Positions 45,601-64,000 of a DNA stretch of 64,000 nucleotides are shown one piece after another. The stretch comes from Podarcis liolepis. Taxonomy: Eukaryota. The notes below the pieces were generated by a model that saw nothing but the letters and a program-made list of their open reading frames with translations, was not told where the DNA came from and did not search any database. Location: NCBI GenBank assembly GCA_965112155.1, contig OZ218098.1; one strand, 5' to 3'. Every line of letters begins with the position of its first letter. Within the stretch, counting starts at the first letter, position 1. A program made the translations under genes and the position numbers.

Positions 45601-46126
45601 ACCAACACGGCTACCTGCCTGTAACTGTCAACTATTTCTCTTTGGCATAGAATACAAATTTATATTAACTTATGTTTACCAAAGCCTTCAAATGCAGTGT
45701 GTCAAATGGAACAATTTATCATCTAAGGGGTGGCACACTGGGACTGCGACACCCACACATAACAGCACAGTTGAGTTTCCTCTCCTCCTGGTGCATAGGA
45801 AAGCACTCAGTGCACCAAGCCATTGCAGGGGATGAGAAGCCCTAGCTTTTCCTCAAACTTTGTGAAATTGGAAATAAAATCCCGATAATGGCTGTGTCAC
45901 ATTTCAGGGTGGGGTGTGGAATGTAGGAATGACCTGCTATCTGCACACCAGCTTTACAATAATTTGCACTATTTTTCTCTGTAGATTAAAGAAGATCCAG
46001 GAGAAGAAGAAGATACTGAAAGAAAAGAATGAAAAACTGCAAGAGTTGCAGAGGGCTGCTGGACAGCTGCGCGAGCCTGCTAATTTGCTTGCGGAGGAAA
46101 AGGATGAGGATCTTCTCTTTGAATAG
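36625..46126 (+). CDS. ATP6V1D: V-type proton ATPase subunit D, 9 exons, 247 aa
   Basis: Exons 36625-36665, 39368-39485, 39684-39763, 40689-40756, 41518-41562, 42475-42578, 43516-43582, 44297-44375 and 45985-46126 give 744 nt, all [33 protein letters not shown]...[14 protein letters not shown]. Confidence 0.98.
38787..39147 (-). mobile_element. RTE-clade LINE 3' fragment
   Basis: ORF 38854-39063 ends in a C2H2 finger ([21 protein letters not shown]) typical of RTE ORF C-termini; short 3' UTR and (AGA/GGA)n tail. Confidence 0.75.
39368..39485 (+). CDS. ATP6V1D: ATP6V1D exon 2
   Basis: [39 protein letters not shown]. Confidence 0.96.
39684..39763 (+). CDS. ATP6V1D: ATP6V1D exon 3
   Basis: [26 protein letters not shown]. 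Confidence 0.96.
40689..40756 (+). CDS. ATP6V1D: ATP6V1D exon 4
   Basis: [22 protein letters not shown]. Confidence 0.96.
40855..41290 (-). mobile_element. Old CR1 LINE 3' fragment
   Basis: AGAATC...AGTTGGA.TGGAC end and GGAGAGCCCACCACTTCCCAAGG body, similar to the copy at 30811. Confidence 0.6.
41518..41562 (+). CDS. ATP6V1D: ATP6V1D exon 5
   Basis: [14 protein letters not shown]. Confidence 0.95.
42475..42578 (+). CDS. ATP6V1D: ATP6V1D exon 6
   Basis: [34 protein letters not shown]. Confidence 0.96.
43214..43272. repeat. (CAA)n / (CAAAA)n simple repeat
   Basis: Directly visible. Confidence 0.9.
43516..43582 (+). CDS. ATP6V1D: ATP6V1D exon 7
   Basis: [22 protein letters not shown]. Confidence 0.96.
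44297..44375 (+). CDS. ATP6V1D: ATP6V1D exon 8
   Basis: [25 protein letters not shown]. Confidence 0.96.
45442..45623. mobile_element. Penelope-like element terminal fragment with inverted repeat and hammerhead core
   Basis: Perfect 14-bp flanking direct repeat ACTGTCAACTATTT (45428-45441, 45624-45637); 41-bp inverted repeat 45493-45533 / 45542-45582; CTGAAGA-stem-GAAAGCTC motif typical of reptile Penelope pLTRs. Confidence 0.75.
45533..45568 (+). ncRNA. Minimal type-I hammerhead ribozyme-like motif
   Basis: UAU-CUGAAGA-A-GUGUG(CAUG)CACAC-GAAA-GC-UC|AUA. Confidence 0.55.
45985..46126 (+). CDS. ATP6V1D: ATP6V1D exon 9 (stop)
   Basis: [46 protein letters not shown]. Confidence 0.96.
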
Positions 46127-49100
46127 CTGTGGACATCTGTTACAATGCAGGACTCAGAACAGTGAGTTTGAGATACAGTTCTGGACACATTGTGATGCTT
46201 TTGTGGCTCTTCATTTGGTGTATTAGCCTGTGCTGTCCAGTCTGGATTTATTCCAGGATTTTTTTCTGTTGTGGAAAATAGCTGGTTTGTCCATTGAACA
46301 CATGCATGAAGCAGAAACATTTCCAGTTCTACATATCTCCATTTAATTTAGTTGGCAGAGAAGTATTGCCACTTCTGCTTCTGCTGTTCTCTCAGCTGTA
46401 CTTAACTTCATTTTCCCCACATACTGCCAAATTCTTGTGAGCAAAGTTCCTTGTTTTGACCTGCTTTGTGTTCACAAGTGACAGCAACTGTAATAACTTA
46501 TTAAATGAACAGGCTTCTTTCTTCAAAATGCAATTTTAAAAAAATCTGTGTGATCACATTGTATCTTTTTGTTTCTAAAAGAAAGAATGGTTTCCATTTT
46601 ATGTTGTATTTGCCAACTCATCTGTGCTGTAAAATCAGTAAAGGAACCTGTGTCTAAACTTGTGTCATTTTTGTAAAACATTTATTAAATCTCCAAAATA
46701 GGTAGGTGGGAACTAGTTGAGTGAACAGGATTTCTCTTTTGCATCTGAACAACTATTCTATAGTTACTTGAACTCTGAAGCAGCTGAAAAAGGCATCCTC
46801 TTGTCAAAATCTCCCTTACTCAGTGCATGCTTACTTGTCCTGCAATTTGACAGAAAGCTGGCCCTAACAAGCAGGCTGGAAAACATGTTATAATATCATG
46901 CCAATGTTAGGATTGTCCTACATACACTGTCATGTGATAGACAACAATCCCATGACTGCAAACATGGAGCAGGAATCCTAACAGCCATATGGTAAGTAAT
47001 CCTATACAGTACAAGGCTATTGTTCTTAATAGAATAGGAGTTGAACATAGTGTTTTTGCCCTTGGGCTGTTATCAGAAAAGGAGCAACCATTTCCCTATG
47101 CAACTGGTGTGTTTATATGGGCTGCCATAGGTGGCACCAGCCTCTCTCTACTCCATAGGGGTTTATAGTTTCTTCAGCGCTGCCTACCTAACACAGCTAT
47201 GGTTGTGTCCTGTGCTGCATGCATTTAGCATTCATAGTCTTACTGAATTAAGAATGTGGGAAGTTCTTGGGAGTAGATGTGGTTTAGCTCCTTGAGATAG
47301 TGCAGCAGCTGAAGGATGCCTGGATAGGGATTCCTCAAAAGATCTAACCAAACTTTTAACTTGATTCTAGCAAGTGTCTGGAAGCACCTAATGATTTGAG
47401 ACAGACATGACTACTCATGAAGTTCCACACCAGCAAAGAATTGATCCACTTAGTGAACAGTTAAGGAAATCACTATCACAGCAACTAATGGTGACCTAAC
47501 GGAACTTAGAACAGTTCCACTCTTGAAATAAGCTTGTAATAATGCTTAAACTGGTAAGTCTACAATTTTAGAAGCATAAGGCAACATTAGTATTGGTTTA
47601 CTGAAGCAAGAATGAGTCACTGGAGTTATACTTTCAATTTACCTTGTACACCATACTTCTCTTCACCTTCAAACATAGCAAAACAGCACCCAGCAGGACT
47701 GAAATCCCCATCAGCTTGATAAGACACTAGGCATGGGTTGGGAGAAATGGCCTTGTGTTCCACCTTGGAACTTCTGGTGGTTTGGCTTGTGGTCTGGAGA
47801 TTCATTAATTCTGCTCTGCATGCAACAAAAACAGTACTACATCCAGAAGTGGGAGGGGTGATTCTAAATAATAAGGCATTTAAAATGAGTTGTGAATTCC
47901 AAAAAAAGATGCATACAAATTCTCCTCTCCCCTCCCCTCATTGCACCAAGTTCACATAAGGTGCTGATTTATTTAAAGAATACACTTTGTGTGCAATATA
48001 AGTAATAAGTGACCTTTATTTTTGGTAAGCAAATAATGATGCAAGATATGCCAATTCCTTTCCAAGGGACAGAGAAAAACCTCCACAATTAAACATATGC
48101 TTATTCAAGTTTCATTTTTCAGTCAAGTACCTTATTTTCCATCATGATGTTACAAACTTGTGCTGAAGTTTTAAGCCATGTTAAAGATATGCTGAAACAT
48201 TTATAAAGCAGGGTTGTTTTTAATAATCTCAGGACCACTCTGGCGTATTGGGACCACACTGGCTCCTGGAACTACTTTGCTCCTCCATGGTCTTTTTTTT
48301 AGTCAACTGTGTTCTCTGAATTCTCACGTGGTTAAATTCTCTTCACCACCCCCAAGCTGCAGCTAAGAATACATTGATTATACACCTTATCGTTAGTGAG
48401 GACAGAGCTTAACCAAGAGCTCAGCTCAGTGTAATTGGGGGAGTAAAAACCTGGTAGGAACAGAGATGGATTTTTGTTTTTTTTAAAAGAGGAGGCTGCA
48501 AGCTCTGGGAACCCACACATTTCCATAGGCCATTCTGGTTATGAGGTTGCCTTTAGGAACCAAATGACACAGCCAACTCTCTGCAACAAAAGTTACTGTG
48601 TGTGAAGCTGTGCCTATGCACTTCTGGGGAGCATATTCTGCCACGATGGAGCACACAAAGGGTCTTAGGTACCATGACCAAGTAGGCTTTGGAACACACC
48701 TTCCAACTCTACAAATAAGTGACTGCACTGACTGAGCTACAAGGGCAGTATCTGCTTGACAGCTCAATACAAAACATTAGATGCACAAGATTGCACTGAT
48801 GAAGCTGAATGCCAATAAGGCTTCAGGATAGTACAAAGATGAGCTGGCTTTTGCTTCCCTGCCTTTTGTTAGCATATAGTGGCTGTAGGCTGTACCACCA
48901 TACCACCCCTGGCACTGGCAGCCAGCACAGCAGCATGGATGCAACTTGGAGCAATCTTGATACTGCTTTCCATAACACTACAGTCTGCACACAAAGCTGC
49001 AGCTGTTTTATACAACCCTCTATATTTATTTCCTGGCACAGTAGCCTGTAGTACTAAGCCACTAGGAAGTGAAATATATTACCTCACAGTTACATTTACA

Positions 49101-51568
49101 ATAGTATACTTGAAGGCTAGGAATATTATTTTACATGTTTACATTAATGTGCAGTTTATAATAGCTCAAAATAGAGTGCACGTAGATGTCAAGCTTCAAC
49201 CTGGGCATTGTGTAGAGATATACTGTATTACCTTAAAAAGCTATTTTGTTATCCCTTCACCCTTTCTCTTTCCATTTTTAAAGAAATATTACAGTCATGG
49301 TTTGTTTACAAGGCATATCTTTCACTTGGTTAATCAAATATTTCCCCCTATTTAACTAGCCTAGAATAGAACAGCACTTGTTGCAAAGCTCATTATAATA
49401 CACAATATTGTATCCTCTGAAAGAAGTTTAGGATTTTCTTCCCTCATCCAAACAGATATGCCCATTTTTCTGTAATTACAATATTGTGGAACATCCTTTT
49501 CCAAATGTCAGTAGTAGAGTAATTGACAGATATCAATTTAGTTATACTGGATGATTTCTGAAAGCCCTCTTAATTATTATTGTTTGCCACAGTTGCATTT
49601 CTATAGCCAGAGCTTGGTGTGGATTTTTAGGCCACCACTCTTCTCTCAAAGGACAGCAGGTGGCAGGCACATTTAATATATATAGTAATTTCTGCATTTA
49701 AAAGACTATGTCCAATTGATTTATTAATCATCTTAGAAATTCAGAAGGGGGATAGGAAAAACAAATGGGATTTTACTGTTAATACATCACTCTTAACCAG
49801 TATAGTATGCCAAAACCAGTATTTCATATACTGTCCTAGAATGCATCATGGATTACACCAGCATTTTCTTAACATTTAAACCTAAGATACTGATAGAGTT
49901 GTAGAATTATTTCACATGGCTGTAAAAGTAATTAAATTTAGACCTCATGGACATCAGCACCATAACTCTTAAGATGATGAAAAATACATACATTTGGGTA
50001 ATGCACAGACTATACAATGCAGATAAAACACTTTCCATTCCTTAACCATAGGTAAAGAAGTGGGAGCAGGCCATGGCACTGTGTGCGCTCTCCCTAGCCT
50101 TCTCTTTGTGTGCGGATTCTACCATCCTTAACCATGAACCTTCATCTCTGCACAATCCTGAACGTTTGTTAAGTCTTAAGATAGGATTTGTAAACCACTT
50201 CAAATACTGATTCTGAATGCCAGTGATCAAGCTTCACCATGGTTTAACAGTAGTGTAGACATAGCAAAGCATAGTTAAGACAAGGGAGGGATGAGGAATT
50301 GTGCGAGAAAAAGGAAGGGGAAAGGACTGAATAATCCCATAGCCCATTCCTGATCCCCTATGCATGCTTAAAGGGTGGGAAGCCTTACATCTGCACTAGC
50401 CCAGAGTTTCTGAATTTTGTTGTCTACTATCACATCAAAGCAAAGCAAGGAAGAAACACAACATTCATTTTTCTGCTTTGTATTCTAAGCAAAGTTGACA
50501 ATTTGAGATAAATCACTATTTTTCAGGTTGACAGTGATACATAGATTATTCCATATCACTTCTATTTCCTACCCAAAGGCTTCATTGGATAGAGGCACAG
50601 TGTTGAGTGATTTTACAATCTCTTGATAAATGTGCGACGCTTAAAGATCATATGCATATACTCTGCAGAGGAGGGGAGCTGTTGGTTGATTCCAGATTTC
50701 TCTTTTCTCCCATGGTGGGGGAGTGGATCATAATACTAAGAGAGGAATTTCAGTTCTTAAATAGTATTACCCCCCTCCCCCCAATTCTCCATATGTCAAT
50801 GTATACTGTATGTTCAACTATGAACACAAAAAAGTTTCAATCCTGCTTGGATTTTCTGTTTAATCCTTCAGAGAAAAATATGAAAGAACATGGAAAGACT
50901 AATTCTTAACTATTAGGTTATATTCAACTACATGTTGAAGTAGTTCCAGTGTATGACAGTATATAAAAATAAAAGCTATGATTGAGAACAAAGAAAACTA
51001 TTCATATTCACATTAAGGGTGCCACAAAGCAACAAAGCTAATCAGTTTCAAAGGCAGCTACAATTAGAGAAGTTTCATAAATGCAATAGCTGTAATATTT
51101 GAACCTTTATGGGTATTTTCAATTGCATATAAGGATATGCTGGTTCTAGAAACAGAACACATCAGGTTCCTAATTTAGTAACATTCACATTCTTCCACTA
51201 GTTTTGTTTTACAACAGTATCAATTAAATCCAGGATGATAACTGGGTTACTTAATATTATAAACTCCACTTTATAACTACCTACATGATCAACAGCCATG
51301 AGACACCTTGTGCCTAGGTATAAAAATACAAGAAAATATTCTAATATTCATCATCCCAAAGTCTGTTTCCTTGGTTATAAAAGACAAATTTACATTTTAA
51401 GGAAGCAAAGTATTCTTTTAAAAAATCCATATAAGAATTTCTATTTTCATAAAAATATAGCTTCCCATCTAAACTCTTCTATAGTCCCATGTGTTAACCG
51501 TGGCTCTCAATCAATTGATATAGCAAAGAGGAAAAAATTCATAAAATACCACATCTAAAATATCAGCA

Positions 51569-51590
51569 GATATATATATATATATATATA
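51569..51590. repeat. (AT)n microsatellite in the PALS1 3' UTR region
   Basis: Directly visible. Confidence 0.9.
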
Positions 51591-52244
51591 ACCTTCCATA
51601 GGACTTACTGTTATTTAATTAGCTGTGAATCTGATTTACAAACTAACTAAAGACAAAAAAGTTTGAAATATTTACAATGTACACATCTTCAAAAATTGCA
51701 GTGCGATTAGATAATGGAATGTTTCAACAACAATTTGAAGCCCAAGAAGGCAACTTCAAATCAAAGTAGCCCCTTTATACATTTGAGAGTACTTGTAGAT
51801 TAATTCCTTCATTCCCCTTGTAGGTATATTCCTTTATCCAATATTCTGTAAAGGTGTTTTTGCAAACTACCATCATGTCCGCAACATAATTAACTTAAAA
51901 ACGTTAAATAACAATCAGTTTTTATAGTGATCAAGGACTGTATACATATATTTACCTTGAGAAAAAACTCTAGTCAGAAAAGGTAAATTTAAAGCAGCCG
52001 CTTGAAAGTGTTTTCAAATGATTAAAAATGTAGTGGCTTGTTCAAAATGTCAATGTCTGGGAAAAAGGTAGTGAAAGATCAGACATTCAAAATCACAGTA
52101 GAATGGTGTCAGACTGTATGAGTATTATTTTTTTAAAGCACACAGTTAATCCGTGCACACAGAGGACTAGAGGTTAATCCATCATCTAATATACAGGGTG
52201 AGCATTCTTCTATTGGCAAGGTCCTTTTCTTCCTTGTAACTCTT

Positions 52245-62945
<10,701 letters not shown>

Positions 62946-64000
62946 CTATAATTGTGGTGCAGTGGATAAAGTAGAATTGGGAAGACACAGGTTCAAATCC
63001 CCAATCAGTCTTGCGTTAGTCTATAACTCTAGTCTAACTCACTTCATAAGACAATGTATGCTGAATACTACCCTGAACTCCTGATGATGGGCAGAGCAGA
63101 AATATAACCAACAATAAATAACATTTCTGAAAATACAAGTTCTCTACAGTTTCTAAGGAATACTGTAATTTTATAGTTAGCACATCAGAGAAAAGTCTAA
63201 GAGAAGACAATAACAACAAAATGAGCCTGAATAAGCTTTTCTTGTTTTGCAGGGAGGCACAGTATCCAGCTCATCAAAACATTCTTCCCATTTTTAGTTG
63301 GGATTTTGAAAGCTTCTCTTCTTAATGAATTTTAATTATTGACTTACACTGTTTTTAATGATGCTCTTATATTGCTATCTTGCTGTGCTTCTAGATGATA
63401 TGACATTTAATAGATTTATTACTGTTATTCTGGATTTGCCACACTGACATTTTAAGAAGAGAATGTGAAATGATCATGAAGTCACTATTAAAAACATTTA
63501 ATGATTGCAATTAAAGGAACAAGACAGGGAGGGTCTTAGCTTTACCTGAAGCACCTCATGTAGTAATGGTGCTGTTAAATCAAATCTGTGCTAAGGGTAT
63601 TTTGTTGTAAGCAATCTTTGTTGTAACCAATCTTTTTTAATTAAAGAATGTGTTACATTAGCATCAATACTTGTGGCTCAGTGAGTTAAAAGCTGCCCTT
63701 TCCTTTTGTTGCTATATAGCCGTAGTCAAGGACAGTTACCCACAGCGTTGGAGGGGGACAAGTAAAGGATCATTCATCCCCATGAAGTGACATTTTATTA
63801 TTCTTTCTGATCCACAACACCAGAAACCTTGTTTAGGTGGTGATGAGGGTTGAGACATGATCAGGTCCTAGTGGAACTACCAAAAGGTGCAGCCTAGGCA
63901 TGCTTGCTTATTGATCTTTGTTATAAATTACCACATGGAAATTCTGAAATGCATAAAGCAGTGAGGAAAATACTAGTGTATGAAGAAACACAGTAGCACT

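Noticed and set aside
48879-49355. 158-aa hydrophobic plus-strand ORF
   Set aside because: GTG start in AT-rich sequence antisense to the likely PALS1 3' UTR; the hydrophobicity reflects T-richness.

Overview
Vertebrate genomic DNA, inferred from its Sauria- and Squam3-type SINEs to be a squamate, most like a lacertid lizard. It is the syntenic block matching human 14q23-24. Five intron-containing genes were reconstructed exon by exon from splice sites and reading frame: (1) a 144-aa galectin-related (LGALSL/GRP-like) paralog on + (CDS 1164-6904); (2) PLEK2 on - (9300-18736, 9 exons, 354 aa); (3) EIF2S1 on - (24434-34556, 7 coding exons, 315 aa); (4) ATP6V1D on + (36625-46126, 9 exons, 247 aa), head-to-head with EIF2S1 across a CpG island; (5) the 3' part of PALS1/MPP5 on - (52245 to beyond the window end). 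Introns and spacers carry CR1, L2 and RTE LINE fragments, Sauria/Squam3/MIR-like SINEs, hAT and Tc1/mariner MITEs (some nested) and a young Penelope-type insertion. The most notable points are: the galectin-related paralog, which has no known human counterpart at this locus and lacks the His/Asn/Arg sugar-binding triad; PLEK2 oriented opposite to its human arrangement relative to EIF2S1; two GC-AG introns; a perfect CLEAR motif at the ATP6V1D promoter; and a minimal hammerhead-ribozyme core on the sense strand of ATP6V1D intron 8. There is no evidence of a prokaryote-type system. Comparisons to human and to repeat consensi are from memory, not database searches.
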